Part shown: positions 27,708 to 39,494 of the stretch, in pieces | Layout: every line of letters starts with the position of its first letter | How positions within the stretch are numbered: position 1 is the first letter of the stretch | From: Selaginella moellendorffii | Lineage: Eukaryota > Plantae > Lycopodiophyta | Direction of reading: 5' to 3' | DNA length: 64,000 nt | Assembly: GCF_000143415.4 (NCBI RefSeq) | Contig: NW_003314361.1 | Location: 584,883 to 648,882 of the forward strand | Program-made: the position numbers and the translations under genes | The notes under the pieces: generated by a model | Told to the model about the DNA's origin: nothing | What the model saw: the letters and a program-made list of their open reading frames with translations, nothing else | Databases searched by the model: none

Positions 27708-28205
27708 TTGCTAGATCCTAGAACCCCTAGTTTACATAAAACTTCAGTTTAGGACTTAATGAGGGCACAATCATAACAGAAATGTGAGATGCGTTTAGTT
27801 TATCGAGCTAGCTACAAGCTGACGGAATTTGTCTGGCAAGTGAGCCTCGTAATCTTCCCATCGATCCACAACCTTACCACTTTCCCAGCGGACGAGCGTG
27901 GACGCCGTGAATCAATCCTCAAAGGATGATCAGAAACTCGCCATGCTGTTTTGTCGCTCACATTCACCCTCACCAATGTCGTCGGCTTCTCAATTCCTCG
28001 TAGATCACAGATTCACCTCGCACACAATCTGATTCAATCCATCCCAGAATCATTCAATCATTCAATCAATCAAATTTCAGCTGGGCACCAGCTGCGTCTA
28101 AGCGACGGCACAATCTCTCCCACAAACAGGATCAACAACGGCCTCCCCTCGCCTCCCCTTTCTTCTCAACAACGGCATCAAGCTCCGACACGCTCGCGTC
28201 CACAA

Positions 28206-28850
28206 TCACCATCGCCCACAAACCCTAACCTTAACCCGATCGCGTTCTTCCACCATTCCCACGCTTCCAAAGATGTTGGCCATGAGCACGTAAGACGTCG
28301 GATCCTTCTCATCCAGCTCCACCAATCTCTCATACGCGATCTTCCCCACCTCCACATTCTTCCACTTGTGACACGCCCCAAGAATCGCAGTCCAAGTCAC
28401 CGCATTCGGCTCGATTCACCAATCTCAGCGCCTCGCTCAGGAAATTCGCCCGCCCCAGAAGATCCACAACGCAGTTGTAGTGGATGATGTTGGGAATCAC
28501 TCCGTACTTGTTCTGCATCTCCTCCAGGAACTCCTTGCCTTTGCGAGTCAGCCCCGTGATTGCAAGCCGAAAGAAGATGCGTGAGCGTGATCTCGTTGGG
28601 GACGACTCCTGCCTTCTCCTTCATACGCTCAAACATCTCCAAACTCCGCTTCCAATCCCCCGTCTGGCTGTAGCCACTCAGAAGCGCATTCCAGCTGCAC
28701 AAATCCCTCGCAGATATCGAGTTGAAAACCATCTTCGCAGCTTCCATGCTTCCACATCTCCCGTAAAAATCCACCAAGCAAGTTGCCACTGGAACATCCT
28801 CTTCCAGCCCACAGCTCTGAATCTCCCTGTGGAAGAACTTACCAGTTCCA
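28206..28850 (-). pseudogene. PPR-E gene 3' remnant, 5' end replaced by Copia sequence
   Basis: LVDFYGRCGSME, SWNALLSGY, HYNCVVDLLGRA, WTAILGAC, SYVLMANIF in shifted frames. Confidence 0.8.
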
Positions 28851-28852
28851 GC

Positions 28853-30960
28853 TGTTGAAGTGAAATCCGTTGTTCTTGCTCCGCTTTTCTTTCATGGTAT
28901 TAGAGATCAGTTTCTGAATTCTTTCTTCTCCTTTCTTTGTGTCTCACATCATGAGCTGCAGCAAAGTTGGATTGATCTTGCTACAGGGAGTCACTGCCTT
29001 TGATGGGAGGAGAGGGTTCAACACCTGGTCCAAGAAAGTGATGCGTGTGCTGCAGATGGGGAAATCGTTTCACCACCGACAATCGCTGCAGATGCCCATA
29101 TGCGCAAGCCCCTGCTGCGTTGGGAGCTTCAACTTCAGTGGAAGGAGAAGTCGTGGATGAAGAGGCAATTCGTGCCTCTATTGCAGCAGCTTGACAACAG
29201 GATCCTGGGAACAAGCTGTGCTGGAGAAGAAGGAATCTCGAGCAAAAGGATTGATTCTTTCTAAGCTTGCAGATGCCCTTATGATGCGTTTGCATCATAA
29301 GAGTGCTTGTGAGATTTGGGCTCATCTTCACAACAAGTATGCTATTCTTTCCCTCTCCAAGATCAGCATGGTCGAGACTTGCATTCGTGAGACCTGTTTT
29401 CATCCAGGCAAGAACTTTGAAAAGTTCCTTGCCAAGATGCAAGACCTGTGGATGGAGTTTGAAGGCAGTCTAGTGGCGTTCAATGAAAGCAAGAAAATTC
29501 TGACGTTTTGTGAGGCCATGCAAGATTCTTCTTTTAGTTCTTTTGTCCCTACCATTCGCATTATGTCGCTCAACTTTGAACAAGCTGGGCAAACTTTACG
29601 CTCGAAGCTGTTTGCGAGAGGTTTGATTGTGGACTTTGATCAGAGGCCTTCTCATGTTTTGTTCTCACAGTCTACATCAAATGTTTTTGCATCAAGTGAT
29701 CAGTCAGGAACTGATTCAGCTCTGTGGGCTGGAAATCATCGAGGCAGAGGAGGCTGCGGAAGAAGAGGATGAGGCAGAGGTCGTGGGTTTAGGGGAAATC
29801 CGCAGCAGCAGCAGAATTCAGGGAATTCTAGTAAAGAAGCAGTAGTTCAAGATTGTTTTGTGCGCAAGAACAAACAGGAATGTTGGACCTGTGGGATGCC
29901 AAGACACTACTCTAAGGATTGCCCAGTTGCAGCTTGGCTGCAGCGCATGAACATAGGGCTTGCAGCAAATGCTTAGGAAGGAAAAACACAGGAACTAGCA
30001 ACATCATCTGAGATAGCAATTCCAAATGTTTTTGAAAAACTGACCATCGATTCAGGTTCAGAGAGACACCTAATGCAAAGCCGGTCAAACTTTGTGCAGT
30101 TGCGGGCTGCGAAAGGGAAGTGCATTTGTGTGGGAGATGGAAGCATTTTACCTATTTGCGCAACTGGGGATGTGTGAGTTCCACTGGGAAGAAAGTCTCT
30201 GCTCTTGAAGAATGTGTGGTATGTTCCAAAGATGTCTGGATATGAATTTCTCCAAGCATCAATGTCAAGTTCTTGCAAATGGTCGTCCATTATTGCATTT
30301 TCCTAGATGTGGTAACCTGTTTAAGAAGGAGATAACTTCTGGAAAAAATTTGAATGCTCCTGAGATGTGCATGACTGCAGATAGTTCTCTTTGGCATGCT
30401 CGACTTGCACATGCCAATCCCCCTCTCATCAGGCGTATGCAGAAGCATGAGCTTGTGGATGGCTTTAACAACCACATTCTTCAAAGTTCAGCAAAATGGT
30501 ATTGCATTCTTGGTAAGCAAACCTGTTGTACTTTCAAACCTGCTGTGATCAGAAGCACTTGTCCCTTGTAGCTCATTCACTCAGATGTTTATGGACCCAT
30601 GCGACTGTTTGCTCAGAATAGTGTGAAGTATTTTGTGATGTTTACTGATGATTTCTCCAGGCACATGGATGTCTTCTTCCTTCGTCACAAAGATGAAGTC
30701 TTCAGCAAATTCAAGCAATTTGTAGCAGAAGCCAAAGAACTGGTTGTTTACATACTGATTCAGGAGGGGAATACATCAACAAGTCCTTTCAATAGTTTTG
30801 TGTTGAATGAGGAATTCTTCATCAATGCTCTTGCTCTCATACCCCTCAATAGAATGGAGTCTCTAAGCGCAAGAACATGACAATCATGAATGCAGTTTGG
30901 TGCTTCTTTCAAGAATCAGGACTATCAAAATTCCTTTAGGCTGAAGTAGTCGGATCAGCT
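28853..30960 (+). mobile_element. Degenerate Ty1/Copia LTR retrotransposon, 5' part (PBS, gag, PR, partial IN)
   Basis: CA|TGGTATTAGAG PBS at 28895; zinc knuckle CWTCGMPRHYSKDC at 29881; protease IDSGSERH; LWHARLAH; IHSDVYGP...FTDDFSR; integrase follows protease directly; many stops. Confidence 0.9.
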
Positions 30961-30966
30961 GTGCAC

Positions 30967-33900
30967 TGTGAGACACAACATCCCTATGCCCCAAAGTGGA
31001 GCCAAAAGGGTGCCACGTGGTAGTGGCCGAAGCGAAAGCCAAACGAGCGTAACACGTTTGGACTAAAAGCTCCGACTTGAAAAGGTCGAGAGTGGGAATG
31101 AAACTCTCAACGAAGTGCTCGAGGAACGAGCACGAAGCGAGCCATAAGCGAGGCTCCAAAAAGGGACCCAAAAGGACCAACACATGACACGTGGAAGTGT
31201 CTGAGATGGACCCGAGTTAGGGTCTGAAGTGGAGTCCGAAGTGGAGTCCAAGATGGATCCGAGTTGGAGTCCGAAGTGGAGTCCGAGATGGAGTCCAAGA
31301 TGGACCCAAGATGGAGTCCGAGATGGACCCGAGATGGAGTCCGAGATGGAGTCCGAGATGGAGTCCGAGGTGGAGTCCGAAGTGGAGTCCAAGATGGACC
31401 CAAGTTGGAGTCCGAAGTGAAGTCCGAGATGGAGTCCGAGATGGACCCGAGATGGAGTCCGAGATGGAGTTAGAGGTGGAGTCCGAGGTGGACCCGAGAT
31501 GGACCCGAAATGGAGTCCGAGATGGAGTCTGAGATGGATCCGAGATGGAGTCCAAGATGGACCCAAGATGGAGTCCGAGATGGACCCGAGATGGAGTTTG
31601 AGATGGAGTCCGAGATGGACCCGAGATGGAGTCCGAAGTCGAGACCGAGACCGAGACCGAGACCGGGACCAAGACTGAGACCGAGATCGGGATCGAGACC
31701 GAGACCGAGGCCGAGGCCGAGACCGAGCCTGAGCCCAAGTCCGAGTCCGAGTCCGAGTCTAAGTCTGAGTCCGAGTCCGAGTACCAGTTCAAGTCTGAGA
31801 GGGTGAAAGCCCAAAGCGTTCGTCTCCCAGAGTCCGAAGTGGAGTCCAAGATGGACCCGAGTTGGAGTCCGAAGTGGAGTCCGAGATGGAGTCCGAGATG
31901 GACCCAAGATGGAGTCCGAGATGGACCCGAGATGGAGTCCGAGATGGACCCGAGATGGAGTCCAAGATGGAGTCCGAGGTGGAGTCCGAAGTGGAGTCTA
32001 AGATGGACCCGAGTTGGAGTCTGAAGTGGAGTCCAAGATGGAGTCCGAGATGGACCCGAGATGGAGTCCGAGATGGAGTCCGAGGTGGAGTCCAAGGTGG
32101 AGTCTGAGGTGGACCCGAGATGGACCCGAGATGGAGTCCGAGATGGAGTCCGAGATGGACCCGAGATGGAGTCCGAGATGGAGTCCGAGATGGACCCGAG
32201 ATGGAGTCCGAAGTCGAGACCGAGACCGGGACCAAGACCGAGACCGAGATCGGGACCGAGACCGAGACCGAGGCCGAGGCCGAGACCGAGCCTGAGCCCA
32301 AGTCCGAATCCGAGTCCGAGTCCAAGTCCGAGTCCGAGTCCGAGTCCGAGTTCGAGTTTGAGAGGGTAAAAGCCCAAAGCATTCATCTCCCAGACCTTGG
32401 GGGGTTTGGTGAGCTCCAAAAGTATAGTAGGGGGAGGACTGTAGTGGAGCCAGTTTGGCCAGGAAAGGCTAGTTTGGCCCAGGAAGGCCGGACCCAGTGT
32501 TGGGTGATGAGCTGCCCATTAGGAAGTCCAAGACTAGAGTGAACACGGACCGACAAGTGGGGTAGTTTGGTGAAGTGTTCAAGAGCCGGCTCTAGTTCCC
32601 CCGAGAGATCGACTGGCTGATGCTCCCAGTCCAAGTGGGGGTGGCACTACCTACTTGGATACCTGTCGTGGCTCAATGGAACCTCGCTCTAAGCCCATGG
32701 CTAGAGCACCTAAAGGCGAAAGGCGGGGAGAGTACCCATGAGGCTTGCGTAAGGCCACGGTGTTCCGAAATGTTGTCCCAAAGTCCCAAACGGTGAAAGG
32801 AAAGAGGAGTAGGCCTCTAATGTAGTGACCAGGAATGCGGTCACATGGTGAGGAAGCCCCAAAGGATAGTGGGACTTAGCGGTCGGGCCTGCGGGCCTCG
32901 ATCCAGTGGCAGTGTTGGCGGACACAGCCATGGACGAAAAGGGACTTGGTAGGACTGGAAAAGAGATGTTGGGGAAGGCTATTCCCCATATCTGCGGGCA
33001 TCCTAGGGATGCTAAGGAGTGGATCTGGGATGATCACTCATGGATGGATGGCCCAGTCTTTGAGAGACAGGATTATGATGCAGGTGGCGTTAGACCACCG
33101 GTGTAACCAAGGTGAATGGGCATGGCCTAGCGTAACGGGTTGGTATGTCGGTGGTACCTTGGGGTGTCGGTCATGGGATCAAACAAGTGGAGCACTTGGA
33201 CCAAGTGCAAAGGTTGAGTGGCAAGGATGCCATTCTCGGGGCTAGCAAGCCCCAAGTCCTAACTGGGACTTATGGAGGTTGTGAATGAGACTCTTCCAAG
33301 TGGTTGGAGGTGTGGTTAAGTGACTAAAGTAAAATGGAAAATTTAGTCGCTTACAACTTGGTATCAGAGCTGTTCCTTAGTCCGACTCTTATTGGTGGCT
33401 AAGTATATCACCATTTGCATCGGAATTGGAAGGTTCTAGGTATGGACCTATCCTCGAGGAGTAGCATGTCGAGAGGACATGGCTCTCCACTCAAAGTTCA
33501 TGCGTGAACTTGTGCGCAATGTGGTGGATGGAAAAGGGCCAGTAAGGGAACGACTTTGGGATCATGTGATCCGGATGAGCATTTGACGCAGCAAACGGGT
33601 TAATGTAGTTGTGGTAAACAACTATAGTTGGGATCACGGGAAAGAGTTGGGACTCCAAAACAATAAAGGAGTCACAAAATTACCCTCACATAGTTGAGGT
33701 TGGTGCTCATAAAGGTGAGATCGGAATGGATGACCGTGAAAGGTCAAGTATGGATGAGGACATGAGTCCTTGAAATGGTAGCCAGTGCTACCTCTAATAA
33801 ATGCTGGAACAAACCCAAGGAGTTGGGGGTGTGCTCAAAGGATGAGTCAGTATTCTCATCATAGGGACGGGTAGTCCTAAGGGGCAAAGGTAGCCCACAA

Positions 33901-36273
33901 AGAATTTAAAATAATAAAGTGTTAGAGCGACACTTGCAAAGACGGTCCTTATGAGTAGGACATGGATACACGAAGTTGTATTCCAATGTGCTGGCACCTC
34001 AGAAATAAGACCTTATGGGTCATTAGATTGGCAAAGTTCGAAAATGCTAGATGACTCGAGTAGAGTCAAGGGATGATCCTGAAGGATTGGTAAAAGCATT
34101 TGGACTGAGTTATGTGGTGCCCCATGAAGGATGGGGAGGATCTTGAGATCCAAGCTTGAGAACAGAGTGTATCTCATCGATGGCAGAAGGTGCCATGCTA
34201 AAGTCGTGGGAAGGAGTTTCCCGGAAGAAAATAGCTTTGATGCAAAGTTGTGTCTTGGCAAAAAGACCTAGACACAAGTTAAAAATGTCATAAAGGTAGG
34301 CTTGTGGAGCCGATGGTGTGGAGACACCAAATGTGCCAAGGCGTGCTGCTTTGAGGTTAAATTGGCGAGTTTATGAGAACCCCTTCCAAAGGAATCCCAA
34401 TGGAAGTGAGAATGGCATAGTCTAAGCTGGAAGGCATGCGGTTAAAGTGTGGTGACCCAAATAATGATGGAGGTGTGGAAGCACCAACAATGAGTTGTAG
34501 GACTTGACGACTATGAGGCAACTAAGCAGAAGGTGCAAAATAATTAGTTAAATTGGTAGAAGGTAACTACCTAAAACCTTTTATTGGGATAAGAAAGTTA
34601 GATATACCCTTATGGGGAAAAAATTGCTTATGTTGCGATATAGTAAGTCAATGTCATAAAAAGAAATGCTCATTGTCACGGAGGCCATCATTGGGACACC
34701 TAAACACTCTAGAACACCAAGAGGTGGTGTTTAATGTCGCGAGGGTAATAGATAAGGCCCAAAGGATAAAATCCCTAGCGAATGATGGATAGGAGGTGCT
34801 ATCCAAACGTCCAAAGTTGTGGAGACAAGAGGAATTCGTCTACCCGATTTGGACAAAGCCAAAAATGGGATTTTGGCAAGGCTAGTGATGGGCATATAGA
34901 GGCCCATAAGTAGCAACGGTAATCCCGGTGTGTGGGATTATAAGGTGAGCATGCCCAAATTGAGGAACCACTCCCTAAGCTATTGGGTAGGTTCATCCCT
35001 ATGAATACTTGCTAAGGCATGGTAGAATGTGCAAAGCTATCCTCCTAGTCTGGAGGAGAATAACTAAAGGAAACATATGAGGCCAAAGAGCAAGTAGTAT
35101 TGGGATGGAACTGAACCATAGAAATCGAAGGGCATAACCAATAGTGGTTATGCAAGTTGGGAGTGGAGAATCAAAAGGGTGCTCGAGGGTGTTGTTACTA
35201 GCAACCGTGATGCCATGAAAAGTCTAAAATGTGGAATTATCCATGTTAGACTATATGGCAATTAGAAAGCTTGCGAAAGGAGAGGCCTTAGCAAGCTAAA
35301 GGGATAGAGTTCCTTCGAAAGGTTCCCAAAGACAGTTCTAGGTAGCTGGATACCTAGAAAGCCAAGTGTAAATGGTTCATAGAACGCGTGAAATCAGAGT
35401 GGCGCAGCAGAAGCGTGGTCTTGAAGCTTGCCATGAGGCGAGGCTATCAAGGTTAGGGAAGTAGTTCCCGAGTGTTCAAAGAGAGGGCTTTGAACGAAAG
35501 TCAATGATTGAGGACTTTCACGCTTATGCACGAACCATGTTATAGTGGCCGGCTGACTTGCTAAGTGAGATTGGCAAGTCGGGGGGAATAAATACCCTAG
35601 TTGAAGGTGCTAACTTCAAAATGGGTGGCCCATGGGGCCAAGCATGGAGGAGTCTATGCATGATCACAAACTTGTCAAGTGAGAGGACTTGGCAGTGTGG
35701 AGGAACTAGGTTCCTAAGCTGTGATCTGTAGCGCGCTTTAAATATAAGTTGGTGCACCGGCGTGGGGAGTCACGCCAGGCATTCGGTGTGATGCCGTCTG
35801 TAGATGCATATATGGAGGTTGGGTTCGAGTCCCGACCCTCTAGTGCTTGGGTTCGAGTCCCAACTCACTAGGGCGTGGTGATGGTTTGGAATATGAGGAC
35901 ACTCATATTTTGGTGGTCATGGACTCTCAGTGGGGAGACTGGTTTGGGCACACCGCCAAGCGAGGGATGCCTCGGAGTCGTGATGCATGGTTAGATTGCT
36001 TAGTGTGAAAGCTCGGCATATCTAATTTGAACACTTTGGTGCAAGTGGCACCAAGGACGTGGTGAGTGAGATGAGGACACCTAATCTCAGTTGCTATGGA
36101 CCCTTGGCCGTAAGGGCTGGCTTGGGTGCACTGCCAAGTGTGGGGGATGCCCTCGGGGTTATGGTCAACAACTTGAAGGTTTAGAAGACCAAGTACGTCT
36201 TGGCAACTCTGTTAAGGTGCCAAGGTGAGATCACTAGGTGATCTTATAAGCTTTATTTCGTTAAAGTGGGAAT
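30967..36273 (+). mobile_element. Highly degenerate Ty3/Gypsy-type LTR retrotransposon remnants (LTR end at 33355, PBS 33359-33370)
   Basis: TTACA followed by TGGTATCAGAGC (tRNA-iMet PBS); candidate LTR start TGTAGTGAC at 32821; no long ORF; boundaries uncertain and possibly two elements. Confidence 0.65.
31200..32390. repeat. Hierarchical tandem array of 11-12 bp GAGATGGA(GT)CC and 6-bp GAGACC/GAGTCC units, in two ~560-bp superunits
   Basis: Both superunits end in GAGAGGGT(G/A)AAAGCCCAAAGC (about 31797 and 32360). Confidence 0.9.
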
Positions 36274-36710
36274 TGTCATTATCCCACTTGTAAAATAAGG
36301 TTTCCAAACCTTTATATAGTATATAAATATAACAAAATTCAACTGCATTGAGGCACATGCAATTTTATTTTAAACAAGGAAATGTCTACTTAATCACTTC
36401 TCCTCCCCCTGCCACTGCTTCACCTCTCTCTTCTCCTTGTCATCGTCGTCCAATTTCTTTCCATCCTTTTAATATTGGCTCAGTTGCTCCGAGTCTAGGT
36501 GGAGCCCAAGTCCCCATTCAATCTTTACTTTCCCCTTATTAATAAAACAACTTCGTAGACTTCCAATAACATGCTGTAACACTTCTAGTATAATGCAAAT
36601 CCTCTCAAAGAATTGTCTTTTAATATTAATACAATGGCATGGAACCCCATGCCATAATAAGTTACATTTTAAAATAAATACATGCCATCTTAGACTGTTA
36701 TTTTTTGCCT

Positions 36711-39284
36711 CTAACGCCTATACAATAATCTTGGAATTTCATCACTCTCCACACTATCAGGATTTAAACCCAATAGTAATGCCATCTCTTCTCTAATACG
36801 TGCACGCTCATGTTCAGTGGTCGAAGAACCCATCCGGTTGAGCAGATTATGGAGATGCGGATAGTGCTTGGCTAGACAATATACATGCCATAAATGATGA
36901 CTGGTGTCTGTCCGATCAAATGGCTTCTGATATACCATTCCATTTGCCATTTGGTTGATTTCTGCAGCCACCTCCTGGACTGGCCGGTTTTCTATCACCA
37001 TCGCTCCAAACCGTTTTACAAGGTCCCCCAGAACATACGGTTTCTTCTCCCTAGTTTCCATACTGCAAGAGATGGGGTGCATTGCATATGTGTGCGTGTT
37101 CGCTGCAGTTTTAATCGGCGAGTCATCGATGATAAGGATTTCACTTGACCTAGTAGTCCGGTTCATCACTACAGCCTCTGGCTTGGTGAAGATGGGCTTG
37201 CTACCCCTCACATGGACCATAGTCAAGCAATCCTCCTGCATTAGGAGAAAGTCAAATGGTAATATTACTCGCGTCTGATCGTGCATCATCTGTAGCAACG
37301 TTAATGCATTGTGGCGCATCATAGATGTCCAAACTCCTAATTGCAAATTGAACCCGGCCCTCTGTTTTAAGTGTCGCATGGTCATTATTAGATCCTGCAG
37401 TTTCTCCCGTGTGATTAATGTGAATCTATGTGCGTGTTCGCTGCAGTTTTAATCGGCGAGTCATCGATGATAAGGATTTCACTTGACCTAGCAGTCCGGT
37501 TCATCACTACAGCCTCTGGCTTGATGAAGATGGGCTTACTACCCCTCACATGGACCGCAGGCTTTGGAGGGTGCAGTGACATTCGAGGACGAGCCACGCT
37601 CATGGGAGAAAAGGACACCGTTCAGATCAAAAATGATACAGTACCTTCGCCGTGATTCTGAAATGAAATGCGTCAGCATAAAAAATGGTACAAGTCAATT
37701 TTACCATTTACAATATTAGCGAATGGTGCTCCCGATGGTCGTTCAGAGGGTTTTGGTCGAGGAAACGTGAAGGGCGGAAATACTCTCCTCTGCAATGTGG
37801 GGTCAATCGCATCCGATGGCGTGTGGGCACATGCCATTTCAGCTGTAGACTCTGGTACAACTGGCTCAACAGTGGCATGGGGTGGTTCTAATGGCATGTG
37901 ATCACACGTCATTTCAGCTGGTGCCTCCGTTGGCAAAGTGGACATGACCGAACAGGCAGCAGGGGCGGTGTAAGGAGGTTCCAACGGCGTGTAGTCAGAC
38001 GATTGGGCACACGTTGAGTCCATTGGAAATGAGGATACGACCGGCTCAATGGCTGGGGCGGCCTCATGCGGGTCCAATGGCGCCTAGTCACCGTCAGTTG
38101 GATACGTGGACAAGATTGACTCAGTGGTATGGGCAGCATCAAGTGGAGCGTGGTCAACTTGCTTGGCGTTGATATGGATAGTAGCCTCTACTAGCTCTGA
38201 TGACTCTTGCAGGCAAGTAGAGTCCACTGGCAGATCCATATGCATGTCCAAATATCTCCCTTCGATTGAGATGGTATCCTCCCTACTGGCTACTAAAAAC
38301 AAACTCATTAGCACATTGAATCGACTATACTGTATTTACCATCAACTGCTATTGAGGAACTAGGACCGATATCACTTGGGTGCACTGCTGATTCTGAAGG
38401 ATTGGACATACGTTTTGCCCTTGCTTGGCACTATCCTTCCTCGACACTAAAGGCTAGAGTTTGTATCTTAATTCAACTGAATAATCTCTACTTACCATTT
38501 GCTTTGCAACCTACATGGACAATGTTAGAAATGGTAAAAGGTTAGGAATGGATGTACTATTATTTACCTGATGGTTTGTCTTGTATGACCTTCCTCTGCT
38601 GATCTTTGGCCACCTCAGGCTGGCCATCGTCGTCATCATCGTCGTCGTCGTTATTGTGATCGTCACCATTGTGAGGACCATCCAAGTCCTCTTCGTCCTC
38701 CTCTTCTTTGTCCTCCTCTTCTTTGTCCTCCTCTTCGTCCTTCTGCTCTTCCTGCTCATTATCTTTCTCTAGCTCCTCATCCCCCTCCTGCATTTCTTCC
38801 ATAGGCTGCTCAGGCTGGATGGCTTGTTCTTCCAGGACCATCTTGGGAAAATCATCTGGCCGAGTCTCCATCTCAAAATACAAGACATCCATAGCCTGTT
38901 TTAGTGCGTGACCTAGGACCGTATCCTCACCCGACTATCTTAACATGGTTTCTGCATATTCTTGCACCCTTCGAAGACGACGAGATGAAAAAAACGTGGC
39001 CCTAACTTGAAAAGCATCCCTCATCCATTGTACCTCTCCATTGAGATTGGGGAAGGGGAGTCCGCCATAGGAATCTGAGTTAGGAGGTGGTGACTGGCTG
39101 CTTTCACTCAGCCCTTGATCTGCAATGAATGGCATGAGCACACACGCCATAACTGCGAGGCATTACCTATCATCTTTTCATTGCCCTTCTTCCTTTTCGA
39201 ATCAAACGCCTCTGATCCCGACGATTGTCCAACGTGCTTTCGCTTTTTATGACCACTGTCAGTTTGAGCTTGGCTGGTGCTTGC
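36711..39284 (-). pseudogene. 3' exons of the host-element cargo gene: acidic linker and FCP1/NIF-like HAD domain
   Basis: LGVWTSMMRHN, FDFLLMQEDC, KPIFTKP, ILIIDDSPIK; the exon continues in frame from 48922 once the insertion is removed. Confidence 0.6.
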
Positions 39285-39494
39285 CTGTTTTGCGAGCCCG
39301 GGTAGGTTTTGAGCTCATGAGCTCACGAGCTGAGCTCATGAGCTGAGCTCACGGCTTCTCAAACACAAGAAAAACATTGGTTCGTCCTGAACCAACATCT
39401 TTCCATTTTTCAAATTTTGATTTAATCTATATTTCCAAGTAAATTCGACCAATAAAATACAAATATAAATATAGATCCGAACACTAAAAGCAAT

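Noticed and set aside
31063-32542. Many long ORFs (SD, LG, WSPR repeats)
   Set aside because: By-products of the tandem array, open in several frames on both strands
35759-35870. tRNA gene
   Set aside because: T-arms only; no convincing D arm, anticodon arm or acceptor stem
30967-36290. Complete LTR pair for the Gypsy-type element
   Set aside because: Sequence after the PPT-like AAAGTGGGAAT (about 36263) does not match either candidate 5' LTR start
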